A stretch of 64,000 nucleotides of DNA from an uncultured Bacteroidota bacterium. GTDB taxonomy: Bacteria; Bacteroidota; Ignavibacteria; Kryptoniales; JAKASW01. How positions within the stretch are numbered: the first letter of the stretch is position 1; every line of letters begins with the position of its first letter. The DNA lies in assembly GCA_963704305.1 (NCBI GenBank), contig OY969888.1, positions 27,168 to 91,167 on the forward strand, written 5' to 3'. The notes below the pieces were generated by a model, which searched no databases, was not told where the DNA came from, and saw only the letters and a program-made list of their open reading frames with translations. Shown piece by piece: positions 37,387 through 47,197 of the stretch. A program made the translations under genes and the position numbers.

Positions 37387-38406
37387 TCACTCGGAAATTT
37401 CCCTGCCGATAGCTTTTGCTATCAACCTGACTTCCTTCATCATTTGCGTGAACTGATCGGGGAAGAGCGACTGCGGACCATCTGAAAGCGCCTTGCCCGG
37501 ATCGTTGTGTACCTCGACCATGATCCCGTCAGCACCGACAGCGACGGCCGCCCTTGCCACCGGTACTACCTTATCACGAATTCCGGTCGCGTGCGACGGA
37601 TCGACAATTACCGGCAGGTGACTCTTCTTGTGCACAACAGGTATCGCGTTTATGTCGAGCGTGTTCCTTGTCGAATTCTCAAATGTCCGAATCCCGCGCT
37701 CGCATAGCATCACATCTCTGTTCCCTCCGGACAATATATATTCGGCAGCCATCAGCCACTCTTCGACGGTCGCGGCCAGTCCACGTTTCAACATCACCGG
37801 CTTGGATATTTTCCCGAGATCCTTGAGCAATGTGAAGTTCTGCATGTTCCTCGTGCCGACTTGAAGGATGTCGGCGTACTCTGCTACGACATCGATCTGA
37901 CTTCGATCCATGACCTCAGTAATGACAACGAGTCCGAATTTATCTCCGGCCTTTCGCAAGAGTTTCAAACCATCTTCACCCAATCCCTGGAATGAATAAG
38001 GTGAGGTTCGAGGCTTGAATGCACCTCCCCGCAATATCTTCGCTCCGTTTTTGGAAACATGACTGGCAATGGCAAAAAGCTGATCCTCGCTCTCGACAGC
38101 GCATGGTCCTGCCATGACAACAACTTCGCCTCCGCCGATCTTCACACCTTTGACATCGATAATTGTCCCGTCCGGGTTGAAATTTCTATTTGCGAGTTTA
38201 TACGGCTCGGTTACACGATAAACGTCATCGACACCCCGCAGGACTTGGATCTGTCTGTGGTCGAAATCCGGTTTGACACCTATTGCTCCGAGAATTGTTC
38301 GCGACACTCCTGTCGAGCGGTGGACATCGAAACCAAATTCATTGAGAACTTTTATTACATTTTCAATGTCTGGTTCAGCGGCTTCCTCTTCCATGATGAC
38401 AACCAT
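37387..38406 (-). CDS. aroF: 3-deoxy-7-phosphoheptulonate (DAHP) synthase, type I-beta, with an N-terminal regulatory domain
   Basis: [31 protein letters not shown]. Confidence 0.9.
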   Translation of the reverse strand: MVVIMEEEAAEPDIENVIKVLNEFGFDVHRSTGVSRTILGAIGVKPDFDHRQIQVLRGVDDVYRVTEPYKLANRNFNPDGTIIDVKGVKIGGGEVVVMAGPCAVESEDQLFAIASHVSKNGAKILRGGAFKPRTSPYSFQGLGEDGLKLLRKAGDKFGLVVITEVMDRSQIDVVAEYADILQVGTRNMQNFTLLKDLGKISKPVMLKRGLAATVEEWLMAAEYILSGGNRDVMLCERGIRTFENSTRNTLDINAIPVVHKKSHLPVIVDPSHATGIRDKVVPVARAAVAVGADGIMVEVHNDPGKALSDGPQSLFPDQFTQMMKEVRLIAKAIGREISE

Positions 38407-39097
38407 TCTAGTTACTCCTTTGCTTGAATCCTCATTTCATGAACATGGAAATCAAACGCTTTATGTGAATGATTTTCATGACAGATGTCTCTGAGAATCA
38501 TCGGGATCCCTCGGACATTCTGGACAAAACACAATTATGGCTATGGATAGAATAAGATCATTTCCCCCAGCGGGGGAAATAAAAGTAGGAGTAAAGCCCG
38601 CACCATGCAGAGCCCCAGAACGACTGGGTGTCGATATGCCGCTCGGCGACAGAACTGTTCGTTGCTGCTATTTCACGTCTGAGTATCTTGGTGCAATCGC
38701 TCACAGAAGAATATACCTAACAAGAATCGAATTGTGCAAGAAAAAGATTGGGAGATTGTGTGTTTTGCAAACCACACCGTCCAAAACCAGATCCACGAAT
38801 TACACCCCTGCGTACCTGCGCGTTGAGTTGCGCCCCGGCGCGTAATAGAGCCGAAAGTTACTTCGGTCGGTTACGCTACATAGCTTCAGCGACGGAGCGC
38901 GTGCAAGCACGAATAGAACGTAATCGCGAAATTTGCTTCAAAGGTTTAGGGACCATTCGTGCGATTCTCAGCCTGAGGCTGATGAGCCTATGGCTCAGTG
39001 TTTGAAAATCTTCTTCTCGCCGGTTTGTCAAATTTGTAATCACAAGAGATTGAGGCATTCCACGGAAAAATCGTGAGAGACGACCCCGACGTTACAG

Positions 39098-39895
39098 CTA
39101 ATACCTATCCAACCGGAACTTCTCTCCAAGGTATAGCTTTCTTGCTTCGGGATCGTCGGCGAGAAACTCCGATGTACCCGATTTCAAAATCTTTCCTTCG
39201 AACAGAAGGTAAGCTCTGTCGACAATCGAGAGTGTCTCGTGCACGTTATGGTCAGTTATCAAGACACCTATTCCCCGCTTCTTCAAGTTGACCACTATCC
39301 TCATGATGTCCTCAACGGCAAGCGGGTCTATTCCAGCGAATGGCTCATCCAGAAGCATGAACTTCGGCTCGCTGGCGAGAGACCGCGCAATTTCAGTTCT
39401 TCGCCGCTCTCCGCCACTTAATGCGTAACCAAGGGCTTTTCGAATCTGAGATATCCCGAGCTCATCGATAAGGCGATCGCATTTCGCCTTCCTCTCCATT
39501 CGGGTCATCTTCATATACTCGAGAACCGCCATGATGTTGTCTTCGACTGTCATCTTTCTGAAAATCGAAGGTTCCTGGGGCAAGTAACCGATGCCGAGCC
39601 GTGCCCTTCTGTACATCGGCAGACCGGTGATTTCTGTCTCATCTATGAACACACTTCCGGAATTCGGTTTCACCATACCGACCATCATGTAGAAAGTCGT
39701 AGTCTTCCCGGCACCGTTCGGTCCGAGGAGGCCGACTACTTCTCCCTCTCGCACCTCAACGGATACTCCGTTGACTACATATCTTTTCTTGTAACGCTTT
39801 TGAAGACTGCGCGAATAAAGAAGACTTTTCTTCACGGCATCCGGCGCAATCAATCCGCTGGAGGTCTCTCGCTCTCTTATCAATGTACCGTTCAT
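39098..39895 (-). CDS. lptB: LPS export ABC transporter ATP-binding protein
   Basis: GPNGAGKTT Walker A, LSGGERRR signature, LLDEPFAG Walker B, and a position after lptC/lptA. Confidence 0.92.
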   Translation of the reverse strand: MNGTLIRERETSSGLIAPDAVKKSLLYSRSLQKRYKKRYVVNGVSVEVREGEVVGLLGPNGAGKTTTFYMMVGMVKPNSGSVFIDETEITGLPMYRRARLGIGYLPQEPSIFRKMTVEDNIMAVLEYMKMTRMERKAKCDRLIDELGISQIRKALGYALSGGERRRTEIARSLASEPKFMLLDEPFAGIDPLAVEDIMRIVVNLKKRGIGVLITDHNVHETLSIVDRAYLLFEGKILKSGTSEFLADDPEARKLYLGEKFRLDRY

Positions 39896-41235
39896 CTTCC
39901 GTCCGCCGGGAAATCGGTCTTATCAGGCCTGTTCCGGTAATACACGAATCCGGCCAGGTTGTAAGTGTCTATTTTATCTTTCACCATTTTCTCCGGATAG
40001 TAGTCGCCTTCAACACCGCTTATGACTGCGATCCTATCGATCTTTCCTTCTTTGAAATACATGATGACACGGTCGCCGCTAACTCTGTTGAGACCGTTAG
40101 GTTTATTCTTATCGTACAGATAATACAAACTGGTCGCATTGTTTTCAACGATTATGCGATCGACCTTTCTGTCCAAAACGTACATCGTGAGCTTTTTCCC
40201 TTTGAGCTGGTTGAATCTTGTTGAGTAAAGCGAATCGCTCTGTGAAATAGCGAAAGCATCTCCATTCACATCGACGCGAGTCACTTTCTTATTGCGGATA
40301 TAAACCGTAATGCTGTCGCCCGTGAGCTGACTGTCTTCGTACCAGACGATTGGAGCTTGCTGCAAAACTACAATGCTGTCTTTCGAGAAATAAGTTCCGA
40401 AACCGCATCTGGCAGCAAGTGAGTCTCGAATTACCCGTACACTGTCTCTCGCAACGAAACGTTCGCTGGCACTGTCCCGGTAAGCTTCCATCGTTTTCGA
40501 GGTAATGAGAAGAGTATCGATCTTTCCGTCCGAGCTTGTGTCGATCTGAACGAGAAGCGGATTTCCTGTCATCAGGCTGAAATGTCTTTTGTCATAATCT
40601 TCGAAATGAGAACCGGAAATCGTGACGTTGTTCTGTAGACTTCTGATCTTAACGTTTACATCCGCAAGGGTCTTCCCTTCGTTGCGATAATAAACCAGTT
40701 GTTCGGACCTCAGTTGGGAAGATGAATCACGCACGAATACATTTCCGTAGAAGTGTGCCACCTTAGTGTCCGAGTCGTACGTTCCGCGGCTCGCTGTCAG
40801 CGTCCGCCGTTTGTCATTAAGATAGACCGAGCTATCGCTCGACACAGTTTTAGTTTTGCCGTAGTATCGCGCCTGGCTCGTGAGCAACAAAAGAGTATCA
40901 TCCTCAACCTTGACATCACCGTAAAGATCGACGATGTCCTGCGTAATATTTTGAACGGCTCGATCGCAATTGAGGAGCGTGCGCTCGTGCTGCATGGTCA
41001 CATGTCCGATAAGCTGACGGTAATCATCTCCGCCGGCCGTGTAACCGATGAGGCTGTCTGCATGAATCAACCTGACCGGCTGTTCTTGTGCTGCTACTGA
41101 AGTAAGAAACAAGAAGTAAGAAACGAGAAACAAGAAACAAGATGCGACTACGTGTACCTTTCTCTTGCTTTCAGGCTTCTGGCTTCTCGCCTCTAGATTC
41201 CTATTTCCTTCATTTCCCCAGGACATTGAATTCAC
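39892..41235 (-). CDS. OstA/LptA-family periplasmic protein (multi-domain, 447 aa)
   Basis: Repeated OstA-like beta-jellyroll pattern, ATGA overlaps with lptC upstream and lptB downstream, hydrophobic N-terminus. Confidence 0.75.
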   Translation of the reverse strand: MNSMSWGNEGNRNLEARSQKPESKRKVHVVASCFLFLVSYFLFLTSVAAQEQPVRLIHADSLIGYTAGGDDYRQLIGHVTMQHERTLLNCDRAVQNITQDIVDLYGDVKVEDDTLLLLTSQARYYGKTKTVSSDSSVYLNDKRRTLTASRGTYDSDTKVAHFYGNVFVRDSSSQLRSEQLVYYRNEGKTLADVNVKIRSLQNNVTISGSHFEDYDKRHFSLMTGNPLLVQIDTSSDGKIDTLLITSKTMEAYRDSASERFVARDSVRVIRDSLAARCGFGTYFSKDSIVVLQQAPIVWYEDSQLTGDSITVYIRNKKVTRVDVNGDAFAISQSDSLYSTRFNQLKGKKLTMYVLDRKVDRIIVENNATSLYYLYDKNKPNGLNRVSGDRVIMYFKEGKIDRIAVISGVEGDYYPEKMVKDKIDTYNLAGFVYYRNRPDKTDFPADGR

Positions 41236-41792
41236 TTCGAACTCTTCGATTCACCACTGACGTTGAATATTCTGTAATTGCGGAGATCGCGGTCTGATTC
41301 AAATCCAGTGCCCTGAATAGTTTCCTTAGTCGACACTATCTTCACAAAGACATCCGAAGTGACTTTTTGCGTTTTGTTGTTCCAGAAGAGCTTCTGCGTC
41401 CAGAGAGATGTCCCGCTGTCGCTGTGGGCATAAACGTCGCCGAACGCGTGGAGGTCGTTGGTTCGATCATTGACGACGCCGCTGTCCGCGGTAAGATAAC
41501 TCGTGTGCCTCCCGAGGTCGTCGAAGAAATCGACCCGGATGCTGTCACCGAGATACGTCATGTTTGTATTGTTGAACACCCAGAGATGTCCGGCTTTCAA
41601 GATGCCCTTGGTCAACCCGCTGTCGCTGAATTGGATGGTCGAGTTCCAGCTCTCCTGATCGGGCAGCCTGCCTGAGACCGGTACGACTGTCGGCTTGAGT
41701 CTCTCTTCGCAGCCGGAAAAGGTTATGACTGATAGCTCATAGCCACTAGCCAATAACAAAATCAGGAATATTCGAGCGAGGGACTTCCTCAT
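41232..41792 (-). CDS. lptC: LPS export system protein LptC
   Basis: 186 aa, lipoprotein-like N-terminus (ITFSGC), LptC-like beta-rich domain, operon position. Confidence 0.75.
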   Translation of the reverse strand: MRKSLARIFLILLLASGYELSVITFSGCEERLKPTVVPVSGRLPDQESWNSTIQFSDSGLTKGILKAGHLWVFNNTNMTYLGDSIRVDFFDDLGRHTSYLTADSGVVNDRTNDLHAFGDVYAHSDSGTSLWTQKLFWNNKTQKVTSDVFVKIVSTKETIQGTGFESDRDLRNYRIFNVSGESKSSK

Positions 41793-42766
41793 GACTCGGA
41801 TTTCGGAGACAGCCCGGCTTTTACCAGGTCATGGAGATGGAGCATTCCGACGGGTCTTCGTGCATCGTCCACAACAATCAGCTGAGTAATATTAAAGTTC
41901 TCCATCTCCTCTATTGCGGCAACCGCCAGCGTGTTCTGCTTCACGACCTTCGGAATTCTCGTCATCACTTCCTCGACCATTATCTGAGAGAAGTCGGTAT
42001 TCTTCTGGAGCAGCCGTCTTAAGTCGCCATCGGTTATGATCCCTGCCAATTCTCCCGACGCATTTACAACGCAAGCCGCGCCCAGCCTCCCGGAAGTCAT
42101 TACAAGGATAGTCTCCCTGAGCGATGCGGTGTTCAGAACCTTCGGTATGTCTTTCCCCTTTACCATCAGCTCTTCAACTTTGAGAAAAAGCCTTTTGCCT
42201 ATATTTCCACCTGGATGAAACATCGCAAACTCGGCTTCGGTAAAATTCTTCCGTTCGAGAAGCGCAATTGCCAGTGCGTCGCCGATAACAAGTGCTGCAG
42301 TGGTGGATGCCGTCGGAGCTAAATCGTAAGGACACGCCTCCTGCTCAACACTCGCGTCGAGCACGAAGTCGCTCTCCCTTCCCAACTTAGAATTTTTATT
42401 TCCGATTATTGAAATTACGAAAGTGCCGATCCTCTTGAACATAGGCAGAAGCTGCACCACTTCCTCCGTGTCGCCGCTTTTGGATACGCATATCACCACG
42501 TCCTCGGGTCTAACCATTCCCAGATCTCCGTGGACCGCGTCGCTAGGGTGTAAGAAGATTGCCGGCGTTCCCGTGGAGTTCATCGTTGCAACGATCTTGC
42601 GTGCAACCAATCCCGATTTCCCCATTCCCGTTATCACAACTCGTCCGTTTATTTTCGATATGAGATCGACTGCGCGTGAAAAAGCCGTGTCGATTTTGTC
42701 CTCCAGCGCTCGCACGGCCTCTGCTTCGATCCTGACAACTTCTTTTCCCTTCTCAATAGAATCCAT
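41789..42766 (-). CDS. kdsD: arabinose-5-phosphate isomerase (SIS + tandem CBS domains)
   Basis: VVITGMGKSG, ISKSGDTEE, C-terminal CBS pair. Confidence 0.92.
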   Translation of the reverse strand: MDSIEKGKEVVRIEAEAVRALEDKIDTAFSRAVDLISKINGRVVITGMGKSGLVARKIVATMNSTGTPAIFLHPSDAVHGDLGMVRPEDVVICVSKSGDTEEVVQLLPMFKRIGTFVISIIGNKNSKLGRESDFVLDASVEQEACPYDLAPTASTTAALVIGDALAIALLERKNFTEAEFAMFHPGGNIGKRLFLKVEELMVKGKDIPKVLNTASLRETILVMTSGRLGAACVVNASGELAGIITDGDLRRLLQKNTDFSQIMVEEVMTRIPKVVKQNTLAVAAIEEMENFNITQLIVVDDARRPVGMLHLHDLVKAGLSPKSES

Positions 42767-42887
42767 TAAGCTCTACCTATGATTGTTCGAGATTCTCCGC
42801 CATCCACAATTAACGATTCGTGATAAGGATCATCCATGTCGGTCGAAATCAATGATTGACGATCGCGGGTTTTCAAGTGGACAGGCA

Positions 42888-43391
42888 CTACTTCTTCTGT
42901 GCTTTCAGGATAAGGTCGATAATTTCACGGACAGCACCGTGGCCCCCGAGCGCTTTGCTCACATAGTCGACTTTCATTTTCATGCTCCTCTCCGCATTTG
43001 CGGGAACGGCGCTGAACCCGACTTTTTGGAGAAGAGGCAAGTCCAGAATGTCGTCTCCGATATATGCAATTTCAGATTCATCGAGCGAGTAGACTCTCTT
43101 TATCTCTTCGAGCGGAGCAACTTTATCAATCGACCCCTGATAAAGATCGGTAATGCCGAGTTCAGTGGCGCGTCTCTTCACGACCTCTGACGCACGCGCA
43201 GTAATTATGCCGACTCTTATCCCGCTGCTGATTGCGTGGGTAATCCCGAATCCATCTTTGATATCGAAAACCTTCAGCTCAAGCCCGTCGCTTCCGTAAA
43301 TGATCGTTCCATCAGTGAGGACACCATCGACGTCAAGAAAGATTGCCTTTATTTTTCTCAACTTAGGGAAAAGCGACTGGAGTCGTGTCAT
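42888..43391 (-). CDS. kdsC: 3-deoxy-D-manno-octulosonate 8-phosphate phosphatase
   Basis: FLDVDGVLTDG HAD motif I, YIGDDILD motif, 167 aa. Confidence 0.9.
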   Translation of the reverse strand: MTRLQSLFPKLRKIKAIFLDVDGVLTDGTIIYGSDGLELKVFDIKDGFGITHAISSGIRVGIITARASEVVKRRATELGITDLYQGSIDKVAPLEEIKRVYSLDESEIAYIGDDILDLPLLQKVGFSAVPANAERSMKMKVDYVSKALGGHGAVREIIDLILKAQKK

Positions 43392-44218
43392 CCTACAAAT
43401 TCCCGTCTGACCGAATCAATCTTCTTTACTTGAGTGAGAAGCGTCTCGAAAAGATCGAACTTCAGCTGCGTCGATGCGTCACTTAGTGCTTTGCTCGGGT
43501 CCGGATGTGTTTCAAGAAACAGACCGTCTATTCCGACGGCGACTCCGGCTCTCGCAATCGGAAAAACATATTCGGGTTGCCCGCCCGTCCGGTCTTTCTC
43601 GCCGCCCGGAAGTTGGAGAGAATGAGTCGCATCAAGAATGACAGGGAATCCTCCGTCGCGCATTATGACAAGCGAGCGCATATCGACAACGAGATTGTGG
43701 TATCCGAAAGTCGTGCCCCGCTCCGTCAACATAACGTTAGGATTTCCGGTTGCTGTGATCTTTTCGGCCTGGAGACGCATGTCCTCCGGCGCCATGAACT
43801 GGCCTTTCTTTATGTTAACGGCCCTGCCTGTCCTTCCTGCGGCTTGAAGGAGTTCGGTCTGTCTGCAAAGGAATGCCGGTATTTGAAGAACGTCAGCGAC
43901 TTCGGCTGCAGTCTTCGCTTCATTCTCCGAATGAATGTCTGTAAGAATAGGCACACCAATTTCGTTCTTGACCTCCTCCAATATCTTCAGCGCCTCTTCG
44001 TCTCCTACCCCGATAAAAGAACTTCCGCTGGTGCGATTGGCTTTCCTGTAGCTCGACTTGTAAATAAACGGGATGCCCAAGCCTTCCGTGATCTTTTTCG
44101 CATCGCGAGCAACCTTCAACGCAAGCTCACGGCTCTCGACAACGCAGGGCCCCGCTATTACTACAAGCGGATTGTCATTGCCAATCTTTATTTTGCCAAT
44201 GGAGATCTCTCTAGTCAT
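43388..44218 (-). CDS. kdsA: 2-dehydro-3-deoxyphosphooctonate aldolase (KDO8P synthase)
   Basis: VIAGPCVVES, FKSSYRKANRTS, NIKKGQF, DATHS. Confidence 0.93.
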   Translation of the reverse strand: MTREISIGKIKIGNDNPLVVIAGPCVVESRELALKVARDAKKITEGLGIPFIYKSSYRKANRTSGSSFIGVGDEEALKILEEVKNEIGVPILTDIHSENEAKTAAEVADVLQIPAFLCRQTELLQAAGRTGRAVNIKKGQFMAPEDMRLQAEKITATGNPNVMLTERGTTFGYHNLVVDMRSLVIMRDGGFPVILDATHSLQLPGGEKDRTGGQPEYVFPIARAGVAVGIDGLFLETHPDPSKALSDASTQLKFDLFETLLTQVKKIDSVRREFVG

Positions 44219-44243
44219 CTGGACAATGAATCTAGGTTCAGAT

Positions 44244-44546
44244 TCAACTGATCGCTTCCAGTCTTTTCACCTCTTTCTGGAGCCTTCCTTTTAATCGATC
44301 TTTTTCTATCTCCAGGTAATATCTCATCTGCAAGTTCAGCCAAAATCGCTCGGACATACCGAAGTATTCGGACAGTCTCAATGCAGTATCTGCGGTAATT
44401 GCTCTTCTTCCAAGCACAATCTCGTTTATCCTTCTCGGTGGGACGTTGATATCTTTTGCCAGGCGATACTGACTGATTCCCATCGGAGTCAAAAATTCCT
44501 CGAGCAAGATCTCTCCGGGATGTATCGGCTCTATCTTCCTATTCAC
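44244..44546 (-). CDS. higA: HigA-family antitoxin (XRE HTH)
   Basis: IHPGEILLEEFLTPMGISQYRLAKDINVPPRRINEIVLGRRAITADTALRLSEYFGMS. Confidence 0.9.
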   Translation of the reverse strand: MNRKIEPIHPGEILLEEFLTPMGISQYRLAKDINVPPRRINEIVLGRRAITADTALRLSEYFGMSERFWLNLQMRYYLEIEKDRLKGRLQKEVKRLEAIS

Positions 44547-44552
44547 AGTCTT

Positions 44553-44840
44553 TTATCCTCCATGGTAATCACTAATCTCAGCATCGTAAGCATTATTCTC
44601 TTTCCATCTGAAAATCATCCTCCATTTCTCGTTTATCCGGATGCAATATTTCCACGATAGATTCCCAGATAATCTTTCAAGTCTATTGCCGGGAGGAATT
44701 CTTAAGTCACTGAGTTTCTCCGCTGCATCTAGTAAAAGCAGTTTCCGATAAGCAGTCTTTAGAATAGTGGGCGGCAACTTTCTTACAATTTGTCGATCAA
44801 AAAATTCTGCAGTTAACCTGTCAGCGAAGCTTTTTATCAC
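44553..44840 (-). CDS. higB: HigB-like toxin (RelE/ParE superfamily, plasmid maintenance system killer type)
   Basis: (M)IKSFADRLTAEFF..., LRIPPGNRLERLSGNLSWKYCIRINEKWRMIFRW..., DYH C-terminus. GTG at 44840 is preferred over TTG at 44843. Confidence 0.88.
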   Translation of the reverse strand: MIKSFADRLTAEFFDRQIVRKLPPTILKTAYRKLLLLDAAEKLSDLRIPPGNRLERLSGNLSWKYCIRINEKWRMIFRWKENNAYDAEISDYHGG

Positions 44841-44851
44841 CAATCAATATA

Positions 44852-44868
44852 ATAACGCATTGCGTTAT
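44852..44868. promoter_or_regulatory. candidate HigA operator palindrome
   Basis: ATAACGCA-T-TGCGTTAT lies 12 nt upstream of the higB start. Confidence 0.5.
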
Positions 44869-44923
44869 CACAAACAAGCGAAGCGGGCTTGCGGTAATTA
44901 TGACGGCCAACCTTTAATTGTTC

Positions 44924-45904
44924 TCACGCTCCCATGACACAGTTAATTGCCACAACATCGACGATGTCTTGAACGCTGCAGCCGCGCGACAGATCAAATG
45001 CCGGCTTCTTCAGTCCCTGAACTATCGGACCGAGCGCATCTGCGCCTCCCATTCGCTGTGCCATCTTATACCCTATGTTTCCTGCGTCGAGGTCTGGAAA
45101 GATGAGTACATTTGCTTCGCCGGCTATTTTGCTCCCGGGAGCTTTTCGAGAAGCAATCGATGGAACGATGGCGGCATCGAGCTGAAGCTCGCCGTCGAGG
45201 AGCAGACTCGGAGCTTTCCTGTTCGCGATTTCGGTAGCCTGAATTACTTTATCGATCAATTCATGCTTTGCGCTTCCCTTTGTCGAGAACGAAAGCATAG
45301 CGACACGCGGTTCGCTGCCGACCAGTTTTCTGTGGTTCTCCGCAGTCGTTATGGCAATGTCGGCGAGCTGCTCCGCCGTAGGATTCGGAACCACCGCGCA
45401 ATCGGCGAACGAATATGTCTTCTCCGGAAAGATTATGAGGAAGAAACTCGACACGATCGAAATTCCCTCTTTCATTCCGATGACCTGGATGCCCGCACGA
45501 AGGACATCGCCGGTCGTAGAAAGCGAACCTGCCACGCTTCCATCGGCCAATCCGTCCTTCACCATCATCGCACCGAAGAAGAGTGGATGCCTCATGGTTT
45601 CGACTGCCTGTTCCGGAGTCACACCTTTCGACTTCCTCAGCTCGAAGTATGTTCTGGAATATCGTTCGGCATTCGCGTGATTTTCCGGATCGATTATGGA
45701 GATACTGTTTAGATGAGCACCTGCTTCGTCCGCTTTCTCGCGAACATCTTTCTCCCTGCCGATGAGAGAGACTTTGGCAATCGATTGATCCGTAATCTCT
45801 CTCGCCGCCAGTATGGCCCGTTCATCCATCGCGTCGGGTAAAACGATGTGGCGATCCAGAGTTTTTGCTTTCGACTTGATCGTTTCAATTAATTTTGTTT
45901 CCAT
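44924..45904 (-). CDS. pta: phosphate acetyltransferase
   Basis: [15 protein letters not shown]..., [30 protein letters not shown] moved the start to the ATG at 45904. Confidence 0.92.
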   Translation of the reverse strand: METKLIETIKSKAKTLDRHIVLPDAMDERAILAAREITDQSIAKVSLIGREKDVREKADEAGAHLNSISIIDPENHANAERYSRTYFELRKSKGVTPEQAVETMRHPLFFGAMMVKDGLADGSVAGSLSTTGDVLRAGIQVIGMKEGISIVSSFFLIIFPEKTYSFADCAVVPNPTAEQLADIAITTAENHRKLVGSEPRVAMLSFSTKGSAKHELIDKVIQATEIANRKAPSLLLDGELQLDAAIVPSIASRKAPGSKIAGEANVLIFPDLDAGNIGYKMAQRMGGADALGPIVQGLKKPAFDLSRGCSVQDIVDVVAINCVMGA

Positions 45905-46175
45905 GGTCTTCTTTTTTTTGTGCTGATTGATCATAATCTAACTTTCCGCTATCGAAAGGGCAATTCACACGGAAGGTGAACGGCAATAGCGCCCGCCACG
46001 CAGACCTACATGCTGGGAATTTGGAACTTTCCTGACTATCTTTCAAAAAAGGAATGCTCAAGTTCACGACGCGCACCATATTCCGAAATGTATCGAACTT
46101 ATGTCAGTATCCGGAATTTTTACTATTCATTTTCACAGTTCAAATCGGGAATGAAGCAAATTTGCGGGAAAGAAA

Positions 46176-46616
46176 ATGGAACAGACAATTAAGGAATTCA
46201 AACAGTTGAAGCGACTCGCGGTCGTTGGAGTCTCTCGCGAGCCCAAGAAATTCGGAAACACCATCTACACCGAGCTGAGAGGCCGCGGCTACAAGGTATT
46301 CGGAGTGAACCGCTCTCTACCGGAATTCAGAGGCGACAAGTGTTATCCAAACCTTTCGGCATTGAGAGGGATGATAGATGGCATTGTGGTTTGTGTCTCT
46401 CCGCACGAAGCGGGAGCAATCCTGCGTGAAGCGGAGAGCATCGGCGTGCGAAACGTCTGGCTGCAGCAGGGCGCCGAGAGCGATGAGGCTGTCGAGTTAG
46501 GAAAGTCTCTCAGACTGAATTTGACAGCGGGCAAATGCGTCCTGATGTACGCCGAGCCAGTACGGTCGTTTCACAGATTCCACAGATTCTTCGTCAGACT
46601 TGCCGGGAGACTATGA
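46176..46616 (+). CDS. CoA-binding domain protein
   Basis: LAVVGVSREPKKFGNTIY..., GYKVFGVN, and VWLQQGAES are typical of CoA_binding_2 proteins. Confidence 0.8.
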   Translation: MEQTIKEFKQLKRLAVVGVSREPKKFGNTIYTELRGRGYKVFGVNRSLPEFRGDKCYPNLSALRGMIDGIVVCVSPHEAGAILREAESIGVRNVWLQQGAESDEAVELGKSLRLNLTAGKCVLMYAEPVRSFHRFHRFFVRLAGRL

Positions 46617-46729
46617 GCGGCGACCACCCGTAGGTTGCCACTCGAACAACGCTACGAAGAGAATGACACAACATGAAACACTAACGTTCCAAGGAACGGT
46701 CTTGGCACCGGAACTTCCCTGAGAACCCG

Positions 46730-47167
46730 TTGAGAAAACTGAATTTCAAATTTTTCATCGATGTACCGGTAAGGTTCTCCGACATGGATTCGCTCGGACA
46801 CGTGAACAACGCCGTTTACCTCAGCTACTTCGAGGAGGCTCGAGTCCATTACTTCAGAGAATTGTTCAACTTGCCATTGAACGATTCGGCAAGGCTGGGC
46901 ATGATCGTTCTCGAGATACACTGTAGCTACAAAACGCCGGCGTATTATGGCGAGACATTGAGAGTATACTCCAGAGTCAGCTGGATGAAAAACAAAAGCT
47001 TCGAGATGCGATACCTTGCAACAGAAATTGAAAGCGACCGGATCGTCGCCGAAGGTTCGAGCATCCTCGTGGCGTATGATTATTCGACCAAGCAGACGGT
47101 TGTCATACCTGACAACGTCAGATCAAAAATCTCCGCATTTGAGAATATTTCTCCGAGCTTTGCTTAG
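46730..47167 (+). CDS. acyl-CoA thioesterase (4HBT/YbgC hotdog fold)
   Basis: VPVRFSDMDSLGHVNNAVYLSYFEEARVHYF. TTG start. Confidence 0.82.
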   Translation: MRKLNFKFFIDVPVRFSDMDSLGHVNNAVYLSYFEEARVHYFRELFNLPLNDSARLGMIVLEIHCSYKTPAYYGETLRVYSRVSWMKNKSFEMRYLATEIESDRIVAEGSSILVAYDYSTKQTVVIPDNVRSKISAFENISPSFA

Positions 47168-47197
47168 CGATGGTTTTTTCCGGAAAGATCTATTCGA

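Noticed and set aside
38537-39058. Track ORFs 38537..38845(+), 38748..39005(+) and 38876..39058(-); also tested this region as tmRNA or RNase P RNA
   Set aside because: The translations are Arg/Cys/Pro-rich and not protein-like, with no RBS. I looked for tmRNA hallmarks (5' GGGG...TTCGAC, an ..ALAA-type tag ORF, a 3' GGTTCGAnTCC...CCACCA) and for RNase P boxes (GAGGAAAGTCC, ACAGAAnCCGGCTTA). I found only a weak GACAGAAC match, so neither call is supported.
41101-41170. Tandem-looking AAGAAACA/AGTAAGAAAC low-complexity repeats
   Set aside because: The repeats lie inside the LptA-like CDS and simply encode its Phe/Leu-rich hydrophobic N-terminal segment ([14 protein letters not shown]).
43505-45712. 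Long plus-strand ORFs 43505..44251 (248 aa) and 44918..45712 (264 aa)
   Set aside because: They are fully antisense to kdsA and pta respectively, which carry unmistakable motifs. The translations are Arg/Ser/Cys-rich with no domains.
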